The notes: generated by a model from the letters alone, not told the origin. A DNA stretch of 64,000 nt from an uncultured delta proteobacterium (GCA_963814585.1 CAWFDF010000003.1:288001-352000), one strand, 5' to 3'; shown: positions 11,012 to 24,544, counted from the first letter of the stretch. Numbers and translations: made by a program.

Positions 11012-12025
11012 TCAGCCGCGCGCCAGCCGGCTCCCCAGCAGCCGCAGCGAGCGGTCGTGGCGGTAGTTGATCCCGGTGTGGCCGTCCTCGAACTCCTCGT
11101 GGATCACGGCCACGCCGCCCTGGCGCAGCGCCTCGGCCACCTGGCGGGCGCCCCAGCGCAGGTGGAACTCGTCGCGGGTGCCGCAGTCGAGGAAGACCGT
11201 GGCCAGCCGCCGGTAGGCGTCGATCGAGCGGGGCACGAAGTGGACCGGGTCGTTCTCCAGCCAGCGCGCCCAGATCTCCGGGCGCATCCGTCCGCTGGGC
11301 AGCTCGAACGGCAGCGCGGCGCCGAGCGGAGCGGCCGGATCCGGCGAGTAGGCAGCGCTCATGGCGACGACGTTGAGCACCGGGTGGTCGGCCCCGTCGA
11401 GCCTCCGCTCCCGGGCCCGGCGCACCGCCGCCGCGTGCCAGGACGCCGCGTCCCCGGCGGCCAGCAGCGCCGCCGCGGCCCGGGGCAGGTCGGGGCCGTA
11501 GCACCAGTCGAAGCCGGCATCGCCGGCGTGGCAGGCCAGGTGGGCGAAGACCTCAGGCCGGTCGCGCCCCAACCGCAGCGCCCCGTAGCCGCCCGAGCTC
11601 TTGCCGACGACCGCGCGCGACTCGCGGCGCGGCCGGGTCGAGAGGGTCCGCTCCACGAACGACACCACGTCGTCGGCCACGTAGTCCTGGTACCGGCCGA
11701 GCGCCGGCGAGTTGGTCCACTGGCTGCCCCCCAGCGCCGTCCAGCCGTCGACGAAGACGCCCACCAGCGGCGGCACCTCGCCGGCCGAGACCAGCGCGTC
11801 GAGCCGCTCGGGCACGGTCGGGCTCCAGGGGGAGACGTTGAGCCAGCCCCGCCCGCTCCCGGTGAAGCCGTGGAGGAAGTAGACGGCGGGCAGCCCGGCG
11901 CCGTCCTCGCGGCCGGGGGGCAGGTAGGCGAAGAGGGGACGGCGGCTGGGATCGCCGAGCGCATTGCCGGCGAGGGCGGGGGCGTCGAGCTCGAGCTCGA
12001 GGAGGCGGCCGTTCATGCGCCGCAT
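11012..12025 (-). CDS. Alpha/beta hydrolase, putative esterase (Fes-like)
   Basis: YLPPG, YFLHGFTG, GKSSGGYGA nucleophile elbow, LDCGTRDEF, EEFEDGH. Confidence 0.88.
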   Translation of the reverse strand: MRRMNGRLLELELDAPALAGNALGDPSRRPLFAYLPPGREDGAGLPAVYFLHGFTGSGRGWLNVSPWSPTVPERLDALVSAGEVPPLVGVFVDGWTALGGSQWTNSPALGRYQDYVADDVVSFVERTLSTRPRRESRAVVGKSSGGYGALRLGRDRPEVFAHLACHAGDAGFDWCYGPDLPRAAAALLAAGDAASWHAAAVRRARERRLDGADHPVLNVVAMSAAYSPDPAAPLGAALPFELPSGRMRPEIWARWLENDPVHFVPRSIDAYRRLATVFLDCGTRDEFHLRWGARQVAEALRQGGVAVIHEEFEDGHTGINYRHDRSLRLLGSRLARG

Positions 12026-12046
12026 GATGGCATGGGCCCCGCCGCC

Positions 12047-13918
12047 CTACCTCAGGACGAGCGTCTCCAGCAGCGTGATGGTGACGCCCACCAGCGAGCC
12101 GCCGGCGATGATCCCGGCGCAGAGCGTCTCCCGCTCCTCGACGAAGACCCGGTGGCCCGGGGAGGCTGGCAGCCGGAAGCGCACGCCCAGGCCCCAGAAG
12201 AGCAGCGCCCCCAGCGCCATCGAGAACGCCACCGGGAACTGGATGGTGGTGGCGAGCCCGATGCCGACCGCCGAGAGCGGGAACTTGCCCCTGGTCCGGC
12301 CACTGGCCCATTCCATGGCGAGGCCGAGGGCGCCGCCGATGAGCATGGCCCAGCGCGCGCTGGGGTGGAGCGCCGAGAACCCCGTGGCCACCAGCTCGGC
12401 GATGGCCTTCCACACCTGGGCGGCCGGCATGGGGAGGCTGGCCGACCCGAGCCGGGAGACGTCCGGCCCCATGAGCAGGTAGAAGACCGGGACCACGGCC
12501 GCGGCGCCGGCCAGGATGCCGAGCAGGTGGCCGACCGCCTGCTGGCGGGGCTTCGCGCCCAGCATGTAGCCGGGCTTGATGTCCATGAGCAGGTTGCTGG
12601 CGTTGGAGACCGCCTCGGCGGTGATGCTGGCGGTGGCCACGTTGGTGGTCATGTTCCCGGGGGCGATGGCGCCGTAGGTGAGCTGGGTGAGCTTGGCCAT
12701 GGGCCCGATGGGCGTGGTGCCGGTGAGCCCGGTGGCGTTCACGGCGACCAGGGCGAAGACGAAGATCATGGGGATGGAGAGGGCCGCCATCCACCAGGCC
12801 ACGCCGAAGAACCACGAGGCCATCACCACCACCGCGGCCCCCACCAGCGGCACGCCCCAGAGCGAGGCCCGCAGCGGGAGCTCGATGTGGGCCAGCACGT
12901 CCACCTCCCGCCTGGACCCGAGCAGCTTGCGGAAGGCGCCGGCGATCACGGCCGGCTTGGAGAGGAAGGCATACAGGGAGGCGGTGGTCATCATGGCCAC
13001 GCCCCACCACAGGGACCACCGGGTGATGTTGCGGAAGCCGGGGCCGGAGATGATGCCCAGGCCCATCATCCAGGGGGCCAGGAGCACGTAGTTCAGCAGG
13101 GCGCCCAGCAGCACCGAGGCGCCGGCCCTGACGCCCATGAGACCGCCGGTGCCGATGAAGATCAGCGAGGTGTCGAGGCGGACGTCCAGGTCCTTGAGCG
13201 GGATGCCATTGAGCCGCGGGACCACCAGCCGGTAGAGCAGCGCGTCCCAGAACTCGGGGATGGCCAGGAAGGGAGCGCGCAGGACCTGCAGGACCTTCTC
13301 CGAGCGGAGCAGCTCGACCAGGCCGGCGAGCAGCGCGCCGGCCCCCAGGATCTTGGCCTTGAGGACGCCGGCCGAGCCGACGCCCTGATGGATGCTGTCC
13401 ATCACCACGCCGGCCGCGAAGCCCTCGGGGAAGGGGAGCTGCTCGTCGTTGATGAAGCGCTTCTTCAGGGGGAAGGCGAAGAGGACGCCCAGCGCCGCCA
13501 GCGCGATCATCCAGGGGACCACCTGCCACCAGGGCAGGGGCCGCCCGGTGATGAGCATGTAGGCCGGCAGCGAGGAGCAGAGCGGGGTGACCATGTAGCC
13601 GGCCGCCGTGGCGATGGACTGCATGGCGTTGTTCTCGAGGATGGTCATCTCCCGTCCCAGGCCGACGCCGTGCAGCAGCTTGAAGGCGGCGAAGGCCAGG
13701 ATCACCGAGGTGATGCCCACGCCCAGCGACCAGCCGGCCTTGATGGCGACCTGGAGGTTGGCGACGCTGAGGATGGCGCCCAGGACCACGCCGGTGAGCG
13801 CCGATCGCAGCGTGAGCTGGGGCATGTCGCCCCGGTAGACGTTCTCCAGCCACCAGCGGTCCTTCTGCTCCACCGTCCAGGTGCGGACCTGCTCCTCGCT
13901 GAGGTGCTGGATCGCCAT
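12047..13918 (-). CDS. OPT family oligopeptide/metal-chelate transporter
   Basis: QLTLRS, LENNAMQSIATAAG, LPFPEG, DIKPGYMLGAKPRQQ, LPMPAAQVWKA; many TM segments. Confidence 0.93.
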   Translation of the reverse strand: MAIQHLSEEQVRTWTVEQKDRWWLENVYRGDMPQLTLRSALTGVVLGAILSVANLQVAIKAGWSLGVGITSVILAFAAFKLLHGVGLGREMTILENNAMQSIATAAGYMVTPLCSSLPAYMLITGRPLPWWQVVPWMIALAALGVLFAFPLKKRFINDEQLPFPEGFAAGVVMDSIHQGVGSAGVLKAKILGAGALLAGLVELLRSEKVLQVLRAPFLAIPEFWDALLYRLVVPRLNGIPLKDLDVRLDTSLIFIGTGGLMGVRAGASVLLGALLNYVLLAPWMMGLGIISGPGFRNITRWSLWWGVAMMTTASLYAFLSKPAVIAGAFRKLLGSRREVDVLAHIELPLRASLWGVPLVGAAVVVMASWFFGVAWWMAALSIPMIFVFALVAVNATGLTGTTPIGPMAKLTQLTYGAIAPGNMTTNVATASITAEAVSNASNLLMDIKPGYMLGAKPRQQAVGHLLGILAGAAAVVPVFYLLMGPDVSRLGSASLPMPAAQVWKAIAELVATGFSALHPSARWAMLIGGALGLAMEWASGRTRGKFPLSAVGIGLATTIQFPVAFSMALGALLFWGLGVRFRLPASPGHRVFVEERETLCAGIIAGGSLVGVTITLLETLVLR

Positions 13919-13982
13919 CACCGCCCTCCGGGCCCGGGGCCGCCGGGGAGGGAGCGTGGCCGTGGACGCCCCACGCCTGCGC

Positions 13983-14363
13983 TCAGTGCCCGCGTGCGAA
14001 GACCAGGCCGGTGCGGCTGGTGAGCTTGGTGGTGCGGGCCAGCAGGTCGCGGGCCTCGGCGTAGAAGGCCTCGGCGTCGGCGGCGGCGGCCGGGCCGGCC
14101 AGCTCGCCGATCCGGAGCAGCAGGTCGCCGACCCGGAGCAGGTGCTGGTGCGCCAGCAGGAGATCGCGCCCCAGCCGCGCCCCCTGCCGGGTGAACACCA
14201 GGCCAGTCTGGTAGAGCCGCGCCAGCGCCTTGCGGTTGAGCTCGTCGACGGCGCGGGCGCGGGCCTGGAACTCGCGCAGCCGGCGCGCCTCCCGCGCCGC
14301 GCCGAGATCGACGACCGGGAAGTCGCGAACGCTCTGCGTGGTGGCGGTCCGGGCGGCGGGCAT
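13983..14363 (-). CDS. Hypothetical helical protein
   Basis: GC3-biased ORF filling the gap between alaS and the OPT gene on the same strand. Confidence 0.7.
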   Translation of the reverse strand: MPAARTATTQSVRDFPVVDLGAAREARRLREFQARARAVDELNRKALARLYQTGLVFTRQGARLGRDLLLAHQHLLRVGDLLLRIGELAGPAAAADAEAFYAEARDLLARTTKLTSRTGLVFARGH

Positions 14364-14451
14364 CGACGCGCGGAAATGTAGGCACCGCCCGCGGCGGCGG
14401 TCAACGGCCTCCTGGCGCCGCGCCGCCGCTCCAGCGGACGGCGCGCGGCGG

Positions 14452-17130
<2,679 letters not shown>

Positions 17131-17264
17131 GGTGTCTTCTTGGCCTTGCGGCAGGGGCTCCGGGGACCCGTTGGAATAACAGAGTCCGGGGGGCGGGCGC
17201 CACCGGCGTCGGTGTGCGGCCGGGGGCGGCCCGGGCCGGCGACGCCGGCTGGTCCCCCGCTCGC

Positions 17265-18113
17265 TCATCCAGAGATGAGCGCGATCGCCCCCAGCGCCGC
17301 GGCGAGGCCCAGCGCCTGCGTCCCGCCCAGCCGCTCGCGGAGCAGGATCGCGGCCAGCAGCACCGTGCTGGCCGGGTACATCGAGGAGAGCACCGCCGCC
17401 ACGTCGAGCCGCCCGGCCTGCGCCGCCAGGACGAAGAGGGCGTTGCCGCCCGCGTCCAGCGCGCCGGAGAGCAGGATGAGCGGCACGGCCGCGGCCGCGG
17501 GCCGCCAGGCCCGCCCCCGGGCCAGCGCCGAGGCCAGGTAGAGCAGGAGCGCCGTGCCGCGGGCCGCGGCCAGCGGACCGAAGGTGCCTCCCCGGGCGCC
17601 GAGGTGCGTGAAGACCAGGAAGCCGCCGAAGCCCACCCCTGCGAGGAGCGCCAGCCCGAGCCCGGCGCGGTCGCCAGCGTCACGGCCGGCGTCGCCGGGG
17701 CGTGCCACCAGCCAGATCCCGAGGAGGCCCAGCCCGAACCCGGCCAGCCGGAGCGGCGGCGGCAGCCCCTCGGAGACCGCACTCCAGGCCACCGGGATGG
17801 CCGCCGAGAGCACCGCCGAGACCGGCGCGACCACGGCCATGCGCCCCACCGCGAGGCCGCGGTAGAGCGCCCCCAGCCCCACCGCCCCCGAGGCGCCGGC
17901 GGCCACCGCCCAGGCCAGCGACGCCGCCGGCGGCCACCCCTCGCCCGCCAGGAGGGCGGTCGCGGCGATCAGCGTGGTCCCGGCCGCCTGGCCCAGCACG
18001 AGCACGCCGAGGAGCGGGGAACGCTTCGCCGCCAGCCCGCCGCTGAAGTCCCCGGCACCCCACGACGCCGCGGAGGCCAGGCCGAGGAGCGCGGCGGCGA
18101 GTTCGGAGGACAC
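17265..18113 (-). CDS. DMT/EamA family transporter
   Basis: About 10 TM segments; SWGAGDFSGG, MAVVAPVSA, AAVLSSMYPASTVLLA..LRERL; GTG start inferred. Confidence 0.88.
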   Translation of the reverse strand: MSSELAAALLGLASAASWGAGDFSGGLAAKRSPLLGVLVLGQAAGTTLIAATALLAGEGWPPAASLAWAVAAGASGAVGLGALYRGLAVGRMAVVAPVSAVLSAAIPVAWSAVSEGLPPPLRLAGFGLGLLGIWLVARPGDAGRDAGDRAGLGLALLAGVGFGGFLVFTHLGARGGTFGPLAAARGTALLLYLASALARGRAWRPAAAAVPLILLSGALDAGGNALFVLAAQAGRLDVAAVLSSMYPASTVLLAAILLRERLGGTQALGLAAALGAIALISG

Positions 18114-18121
18114 GGCGCGTC

Positions 18122-18733
18122 CTACCCCCCCGACCGCCGCATCCGCAGCCGCCAGACCCGCTGGCCGGTCTGGAGGTAACGCTTCTCGCGCGTCGAGGGG
18201 ATCTCGTCGGGCGGCGCCTCGCAGAAGGACCCCGGCCCGGCCTCGTTCCCGAAGCCGACCTCCTCGAGGCGGGCCACCGCGTCGAGCGCGTAGCGCTCCA
18301 CGTCGGTGCGGAAGTCGAGCAGGCCGCCCGGCTTCAGCAGCCGCAGCAGCAGCGTCGACATCCGGTCGTCCACCAGGCGGCGCCGCACGTGGCGGCGCTT
18401 CCACCACGGGTCGGGGAAGTGGACGTGGATGGCGGACAGCGAGCCGGCCGGGAAGAGGCGCGGGGCCAGCAGCCGGCCGTCGCCCTGCAGGACCAGCACG
18501 TTGGCGAGCCCGCGCCGCGCCACCTTCTCGGCCACCATGGTGGCGAACTTCCTGCGCTGCTCGATCCCCACCAGCGCCCGGTCGGGGCGCCGCTGCCCGA
18601 AGGCGACCGCGTAGCCGCCGTGGCCGCAGCCGATCTCCAGCTCCAGCCGGTCGGCCCGCTCGCCGAAGCGCGCCCGCCAGTCGGGGAAGCGGTCGATGGC
18701 GATGGGGGCCTGGTCGGCGCCGGAGAAGATCAT
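18122..18733 (-). CDS. trmB: tRNA (guanine-N7)-methyltransferase
   Basis: LEIGCGHG, HFPDPWWKRRH..RRL, LKPGG..FRTD..Y; start uncertain. Confidence 0.93.
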   Translation of the reverse strand: MIFSGADQAPIAIDRFPDWRARFGERADRLELEIGCGHGGYAVAFGQRRPDRALVGIEQRRKFATMVAEKVARRGLANVLVLQGDGRLLAPRLFPAGSLSAIHVHFPDPWWKRRHVRRRLVDDRMSTLLLRLLKPGGLLDFRTDVERYALDAVARLEEVGFGNEAGPGSFCEAPPDEIPSTREKRYLQTGQRVWRLRMRRSGG

Positions 18734-18765
18734 CCGGGCGCTCTCTACCATGATAGATACCGCCC

Positions 18766-20421
18766 GTGCGCCGCTCCAACCTGACCTCCGCCCTCGCCGT
18801 CCTCGCCCTCCTCTCCGGCTGCGCCCGCTGCGGGGCGCCACGCGTCCAGCCGCCGCCGGAGCGCTTCGTCCCGGCCACCAACGCCGGCGCCGTGATCATC
18901 CCGGTGGTGGCCGAGTTCTCCCGGCAGGCCGCCGCCCTGCACGGGGCGCTGGCGGCCCGGCCCGGCGGCGACGAGCTGGTGGCCATGCGGGCCGGGCTCC
19001 GGCAGCAGCTCACCTTCGACCTCCTCGACCCCGAGTCGCTCCAGGACGCCGGGCTCGACAGCCGGCGCGGCCTCGCCATCGCCGAGCTGGCCACGCGGCC
19101 GGGCGAGCCGGGCACGCCGCTGCTGGTGCTGCCGATCGGTGACGCCGGCAAGCTCGAGGCCCAGGTGACCCGGCTGGCCAGGGAGCGGCTCGGGGCCGGC
19201 GATCGCGCCGAGCAGGCCGCCGGCCGCACCACCTTCACGGTCTGGCGGCGCGCCCCCGGCGAGGCGGCGCTCCTCTCCGTCGCCCAGGCCGAGGGCTCCA
19301 TGCTGGTGGCCATCGGCCCGACGGGTCCGGACGTCCTCCGCGTGGTGCTGGCGCTCGACCCGGGCGTCTCGCTGGCCGAGAGCCCGAGCTGGAAGCGTGG
19401 CCGGGCGGCGCTGGGCGACGGCGCCCCGTTCCTCCTCTTCCTGCCGCGCGACTCCCCGGCGGTCCTCGACCTGCCGGCCACCGACGGCGTGGCGGCCGGC
19501 CTGTCGGCCACTGCGACGGGCGTGCGGCTGTCGGTGGCGATCATGCTCGGCTCGCAGGAGCCGCGGCTGCGGCCGCTGGCCGGCGCCGGCGACGGCTCGA
19601 GCCAGCCGTCGGCGCTCGACCCGTCCACGGTGGTGGCCCTGCGGCTCTCCGCCGATCCGGTGACGGCGCTCCGGCTCTCGGCCGAGCAGCGCGGCCTCCC
19701 GGTGGTGGAGCCGGTCGCCGCCATGGCGGCGCAGCTGGCCCCGCCCATCGAGGTGGGCGCCGGGCTGTCTCCGAGGGCGGACCTGGGCTCGCTGATGGGC
19801 GGGCGGGCGCTCTCCCAGCCACTCGGGCTGGCGCGCCTGGAGGCGCAGGCGGGGCTCAAGGATCCGGCCGCCTTCACCGCCGCCTGCGACCGGCTCATGG
19901 CGCTGCTGGGCGCGCCGGCCGGCCGGGGGACCTGGACCGTGGGCGGCGGCGACGCCGAGGTCGCCTGGGCGGTCCGGGGCAGGTCGGTGGCGCTCTCGGC
20001 CGGACCGTCGGGCGGCCTGCGACCGCTGCTCGAGCGGCTCCAGGCCGGCGGCCGCGGCTTCGACCCGCCCCCGGGGACGGCGGCCTCGCTGGCCGGCGGG
20101 CTGGGCGGCCTGGTGATCCACGGTGACAACCTGGTGGCGGCGCTGCGGGCCCTCCCGCCGTCGGCCTTCGGCGCCGGGCCCGACGCCGTGGTGGGCCGGT
20201 CGCTGGTGGAGAAGCTCACCTCCTCCCTGGGCCAGGGGGCGGCGGTGGCGCTCCGGGCCGACCTGCCGGCCGGGGCGCTCCGGGTGACCCTCGACCTGAA
20301 GCTCGGAACCCCGTCGATGCCCCCCGATGATCCGGCTCACCGCCATCACCCGCTCGTTCGTCGAGGACGGGCGGGAGCTCGAGGTGCTGCGCGGCCTCGA
20401 TCTCGCGGTCTCGCCGGGTGA
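18766..20421 (+). CDS. Hypothetical lipoprotein
   Basis: Lipobox LLSGC; GC3 bias to about 20310; 3' end overlaps the next gene by 95 nt, so the true stop may be earlier. Confidence 0.7.
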   Translation: MRRSNLTSALAVLALLSGCARCGAPRVQPPPERFVPATNAGAVIIPVVAEFSRQAAALHGALAARPGGDELVAMRAGLRQQLTFDLLDPESLQDAGLDSRRGLAIAELATRPGEPGTPLLVLPIGDAGKLEAQVTRLARERLGAGDRAEQAAGRTTFTVWRRAPGEAALLSVAQAEGSMLVAIGPTGPDVLRVVLALDPGVSLAESPSWKRGRAALGDGAPFLLFLPRDSPAVLDLPATDGVAAGLSATATGVRLSVAIMLGSQEPRLRPLAGAGDGSSQPSALDPSTVVALRLSADPVTALRLSAEQRGLPVVEPVAAMAAQLAPPIEVGAGLSPRADLGSLMGGRALSQPLGLARLEAQAGLKDPAAFTAACDRLMALLGAPAGRGTWTVGGGDAEVAWAVRGRSVALSAGPSGGLRPLLERLQAGGRGFDPPPGTAASLAGGLGGLVIHGDNLVAALRALPPSAFGAGPDAVVGRSLVEKLTSSLGQGAAVALRADLPAGALRVTLDLKLGTPSMPPDDPAHRHHPLVRRGRAGARGAARPRSRGLAG

Positions 20422-21001
20422 GGTGGTGGCGGTGGTGGGTGCCTCCGGCGCCGGGAAGTCGACGCTGCTGGCCATCGCCGGGGCGCTCGACGCCGGGTTC
20501 GGCGGCGAGGCGGTGGTGGCCGGGCAGCGCCTGCGCGGCCTCTCGGCGGAGGCGCTGGCCAGGCTGCGAAACCGGAGCATCGGCTTCGTCTTCCAGTCCT
20601 TCAACCTGGTGCCGGCCTTCCCGGCGCTGGAGAACGTGCTGCTCCCGGGCCTGCTGCGCCATGGCGACGGGGAGCCGCTCGACGAGCTCCGGGTGCGGGC
20701 CCTCCAGGCCCTCGACCGGGTCGGCCTGGCCGCCAAGGCCCACGCCCGCCCCGCCCGGCTCTCCGGCGGCGAGCGGCAGCGGGTGGCCATCGCCCGGGCC
20801 CTGGTCACCCGGCCGGCCTTGCTGCTGGCCGACGAGCCGACCGGCAACCTCGACGTCGCCACCGGCGAGGCGATCATCCAGCTCTTCGGCGAGCTGGCCC
20901 GCGAGGGAACGGCGGTGCTGGTGGTGACGCACGAGGAGCGGGTGTCGCGAGTCGCCTCCCGGGTCCTCACGCTCCACGAGGGGAGGCTCGAGCACCCATG
21001 A
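20327..21001 (+). CDS. ABC transporter ATP-binding protein (LolD/MacB-like)
   Basis: [45 protein letters not shown]. Confidence 0.95.
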   Translation: MIRLTAITRSFVEDGRELEVLRGLDLAVSPGEVVAVVGASGAGKSTLLAIAGALDAGFGGEAVVAGQRLRGLSAEALARLRNRSIGFVFQSFNLVPAFPALENVLLPGLLRHGDGEPLDELRVRALQALDRVGLAAKAHARPARLSGGERQRVAIARALVTRPALLLADEPTGNLDVATGEAIIQLFGELAREGTAVLVVTHEERVSRVASRVLTLHEGRLEHP

Positions 21002-22284
21002 CCTGGCGCGCCTTGCTGCGGGTGGCGTGGGCCAACCTGCGGGCGGACCCGGGGGCGGCGCTGATCGACGCCCTGGCCGCGGCGGTGGGGGCCGCGGTGC
21101 TGGCGGTCTTCGTGGCGCTGGGGCTCGGCGTCGGCGAGGCCGCCAGGCGCATGTTCCCGGCCGACGCCAGGCTGGTGGAGGTGGTGCCGGCGCAGGTCTC
21201 GCTGGGCGGGCTGATCGGCGGCGGCCGGCTGGACGAGCAGGCCCTGCGCCGGCTGGCCGCGCTGCCGGGGGTGCTGGCCGCCTGGCCCCGGCAGAACCTG
21301 GTGGTCCCGGTGGCCGCCCCCGAGCCGCCGCGCGGCCTCGAGGCGGCCTGGCCGGAGGGGATGACGCTGCAGATCCCGGTGGTCGGCATCGATCCCACCA
21401 TGGTGGCGGCGGACACGCGCTCCGGCGTCGCCTTCACCGACCCGGTCGGCGACGGCCCCATCCCGGTGGTCCTGTCGCGGCGGCTGGTGGAGATCTACGA
21501 CAAGACCATCGCGCCCACCTGGGGCATCCCCGGCCTGCCGGCCGGGCTCGACCCGGTCGGCATCGAGCTGCCGCTCCGCATCGGGGTCTCCATCATCCCC
21601 GGCAAGTCGGAGCGGCGGGTCATCGAGGTGCGGGTGCGGCTGGCCGGCCTCTCCGACCGCGTGCCGCTCTACGCCATGGCGGTGCCGCTCGGGACGGTGC
21701 AGCGGCTCCACCGGCTCTACAACCGCTCCGACCCGGGCTACGGGCAGGTGACGCTGCTGGCCGACCAGCCCGCCGACGCGCCGGCCATCGCGGCGGCCGC
21801 CCGGCGCATGGGCTTCGGCGTCGACCGGACCGAGCAGGCCACGGCGGAGCGGGTGGGGACGGTGGTGGGCCTGACCACCGCCGCGCTCACCGGCCTGGCC
21901 CTGCTCATGACCGGGCTGGCGGCGCTGGCCATCGCCCGCTCGCGCGCCGCCAGCGTCACCGCCCGCTCCCGCGAGATCGCCCTGCTCCAGGCGCTCGGCG
22001 CCACGGCGCGCGACATCCGGGCCATGGTCCTGGTCGAGGCCCTGCTGCTGGGGGGCGGCGGCGGGCTGGTGGGCATGGCGGTGGGACGGGGGCTCGGCCT
22101 GCTCGGCGACCTCGCCTGGCACGACTTCCTCCCCGACTTCCCCTACCGCCCCGAGGCCATCCTGATCTTCCCGACCTGGCTGCTGGTCGCCAGCGTGGCC
22201 GTGGCCGCGGCCGCGGCCGTGATCGGCGCGCTCACGCCCGCGGCGGCGGCGGCCAGGGTCGATCCGGCCCGGGCGCTGTCCTAG
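20998..22284 (+). CDS. ABC transporter permease (FtsX/MacB-like)
   Basis: 1+3 TM layout; [35 protein letters not shown] overlap. Confidence 0.9.
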   Translation: MTWRALLRVAWANLRADPGAALIDALAAAVGAAVLAVFVALGLGVGEAARRMFPADARLVEVVPAQVSLGGLIGGGRLDEQALRRLAALPGVLAAWPRQNLVVPVAAPEPPRGLEAAWPEGMTLQIPVVGIDPTMVAADTRSGVAFTDPVGDGPIPVVLSRRLVEIYDKTIAPTWGIPGLPAGLDPVGIELPLRIGVSIIPGKSERRVIEVRVRLAGLSDRVPLYAMAVPLGTVQRLHRLYNRSDPGYGQVTLLADQPADAPAIAAAARRMGFGVDRTEQATAERVGTVVGLTTAALTGLALLMTGLAALAIARSRAASVTARSREIALLQALGATARDIRAMVLVEALLLGGGGGLVGMAVGRGLGLLGDLAWHDFLPDFPYRPEAILIFPTWLLVASVAVAAAAAVIGALTPAAAAARVDPARALS

Positions 22285-22341
22285 CGCCCACCGGCGGGGA
22301 CCTGGTGGAATGGCTCGACATCCCTGACCCGGCCGTGATTT

Positions 22342-22361
22342 ATTGCGTCGCCATTGCGTCG
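22342..22361 (+). promoter_or_regulatory. Direct repeat ATTGCGTCG x2 with 11-bp period, putative regulator site
   Basis: ATTGCGTCG at 22342 and 22353, about 65 nt upstream of ATG 22426. Confidence 0.45.
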
Positions 22362-22425
22362 ATCCCCTGGGAGCGATGACTCCCGCCGGCGCAGGCAGCG
22401 CCCCCCACAACTCGAGGATGACCCC

Positions 22426-22611
22426 ATGAAGAAGCTGCTCGCCGTCGTCGTTGCCTTCGCCTTCGTCTCGCCCGCCTTCGCCGAGGAGAAGAAGGCTGCC
22501 GCCCCGGCCGCCGCCGCCGCTCCCGCCAAGGAGGAGAAGAAGGCCGACGACAAGAAGGCCGCTGCCCCGGCCGCGAAGGCCGACGAGAAGAAGCCCGAGG
22601 CGAAGAAGTAG
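22426..22611 (+). CDS. Small secreted Ala/Lys/Glu-rich low-complexity protein
   Basis: MKKLLAVVVAFAFVSPAFA signal then EEKKAAAPA repeats; GAGG RBS; hairpin downstream. Confidence 0.85.
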   Translation: MKKLLAVVVAFAFVSPAFAEEKKAAAPAAAAAPAKEEKKADDKKAAAPAAKADEKKPEAKK

Positions 22612-22636
22612 CCTCGCTTCAGCTCCTGGATGCACC

Positions 22637-22660
22637 GCGGGCCGCCTCCGGGCGGCCCGC
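22637..22660. terminator. Hairpin terminator
   Basis: GCGGGCCGCC-tccg-GGCGGCCCGC, perfect 10-bp stem between convergent genes. Confidence 0.7.
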
Positions 22661-22738
22661 TCCATTTCCGGAAGGCGTCCGCCCGGCGCAGCCCGGCAGC
22701 GTGCGCCGCAGCAAGGCTCTGGCCAAGCGCGGGCGCCG

Positions 22739-24394
22739 TCAGCCGCGGGTGCTGGAGACCACCAGCGTGGCGCCGACCTGCAGCGTGTGGCGCCGCGGGT
22801 TGCCGATGCCGTTCAGCCGGCAGAGCTCCTCGAGCGGCAGGCCGGTGTTGCGCGAGATCGACCAGAGCGTGTCGCCCGGCTTGACCCGCCAGACGCCGGC
22901 GCCCGGGTCGGCGGCCACGATCGGGGCGGCGGCCACCAGCGTGGCCGCGGCCGGTGCCGATGGCCGAGGCGAGGGCCGAGCGCTGGCCGGGGCCGGCGCC
23001 GCGGCGGCCGCCTGCGCCCGGGCCTGGGTGGCGACGCGCGGGATGACCAGCTCGGTCCCGGGGCGCAGGGCTCGCGGGTTCAGCCTGGGGTTGAGCGCCA
23101 GGACCCCCTCGAGCGACACGCCGTACCGGACGGCGATGCCGGAGAGCGTCTCGCCCCGCTGCACCACGTGCCCCTCGAAGATGGCGACGCGCACCCGTGT
23201 CTTCATCTCCGGCCAGCTGGCGGCGAAGGTGGCGGCCGAGGCGGCCGGCAGCTTGAGCCGGTAGGGGCGCGGCGGCGTGATGGCCCGCCGCAGCTCCGGG
23301 TTCAGGTCGATCAGCTCGGCCTCGCCGACGCCGGCCGCCGCGGCGATCAGGGCCAGCGGCGCCGCGTCGGGGATGGTGACCTCCTCGACGTCGGGCCAGC
23401 GCTCCGCCTCGATCTCCTCCGGGCGGAAGCCGAAAGCCTCGGGGTGGCGGGCCAGGATGGCGGCCGCCATCAGCTTCGGCACGTAGCCCTTGGTCTCGGC
23501 GCGCAGGGCGCGGCGACCCTTGGCCGCCGCCATCGACCAGTAGTCCGGATAGCCGCGGGCCTGCGCCCTCTGCACGGTGCCCAGGCCGGCGTTGTAGCCG
23601 GCCCAGGCCAGCCTCCAGTCGCCGGTCTGCTGGTGGAGCTCCTTGAGGAAGCGGGCGGCGGCGCGGGCCGACTTCTCGGGATCGCGCCGCTCGTCCACCC
23701 AGAAGTCCTGCTTGAGACCGTAGAGCCTGCCGGTCGGGGCGATGAACTGCCAGGGACCGACCGCCTTGGCCCGGCTGGTGGCGTAGTTGGCGAAGCCGCT
23801 CTCGATCATGGCCAGGAAGACGGTGTCCTCGGGGACGCCCTCCTCGCGCATGATCTGCTGGTAGCGTGGGATGTAGCGGTGGCCGCGGCCCAGGTACTTC
23901 AGGTAGTGGGGTCGCATCAGCGGCAGCTGGAAGAACCGGACGTAGCTGACCACCGCCTCGTTGACGTCGATGGGGATGTCGTACTCGGCGCGGAGCTTCT
24001 CCAGCCCGTGGTCGAGCTCGGGCAGGAGCGCGATCCGATCGGCCGACTCGGCCAGCGGCGGCGTCACCTCGCGGGTGAGCGCCCCCTCGAGCCGGTCTCG
24101 CAGCGGCGAGCCGAGCCCCAGCCCCTCGGCCGCCTCGGCGGCCCGCGACTCCAGGCTGGGGACCTCCTGCACGCGCGCGGCGCTCTCGGCGGCGCGGACC
24201 TCCTCGAGCTCGGCCGAGGCCGCGTCGATCTCCCGGCCCTGGGGACCGGTCTCGGGCGGATCGCCGGTCGGCTCGCCGCTCCCCGGCGCCGGGATCCCGG
24301 CCTCCGGCGCGCCGGCGACCACGCCGGCCGCCGGCCCGGGAAGGGCCTCGCCGGGAGCCAGCAGCGCCAGGGCGATGAGGAGCGGGATGCGCAC
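22739..24394 (-). CDS. MltD-like lytic murein transglycosylase with LysM domains
   Basis: LAMIESGF, AVGPWQFI, DERRDPEKS, AGYNAG, ETKGYVPK; two clear LysM repeats (VQRGETLSGIA, VKPGDTLWSIS). Confidence 0.93.
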   Translation of the reverse strand: MRIPLLIALALLAPGEALPGPAAGVVAGAPEAGIPAPGSGEPTGDPPETGPQGREIDAASAELEEVRAAESAARVQEVPSLESRAAEAAEGLGLGSPLRDRLEGALTREVTPPLAESADRIALLPELDHGLEKLRAEYDIPIDVNEAVVSYVRFFQLPLMRPHYLKYLGRGHRYIPRYQQIMREEGVPEDTVFLAMIESGFANYATSRAKAVGPWQFIAPTGRLYGLKQDFWVDERRDPEKSARAAARFLKELHQQTGDWRLAWAGYNAGLGTVQRAQARGYPDYWSMAAAKGRRALRAETKGYVPKLMAAAILARHPEAFGFRPEEIEAERWPDVEEVTIPDAAPLALIAAAAGVGEAELIDLNPELRRAITPPRPYRLKLPAASAATFAASWPEMKTRVRVAIFEGHVVQRGETLSGIAVRYGVSLEGVLALNPRLNPRALRPGTELVIPRVATQARAQAAAAAPAPASARPSPRPSAPAAATLVAAAPIVAADPGAGVWRVKPGDTLWSISRNTGLPLEELCRLNGIGNPRRHTLQVGATLVVSSTRG

Positions 24395-24544
24395 TGGCCC
24401 AGGTTGTACAGGATGGACCGGCCGAGGGAAAGAATGCCGCGGGGACGGGGCCCGGCGCCCCCGGAGCCGGGCCCGCGGGGCGGCGAAGCCAGGCTCCCTC
24501 GCGGCGGCCGGTGGCCCGTGCTAGGTACCCGCCCGGCCCACCCC

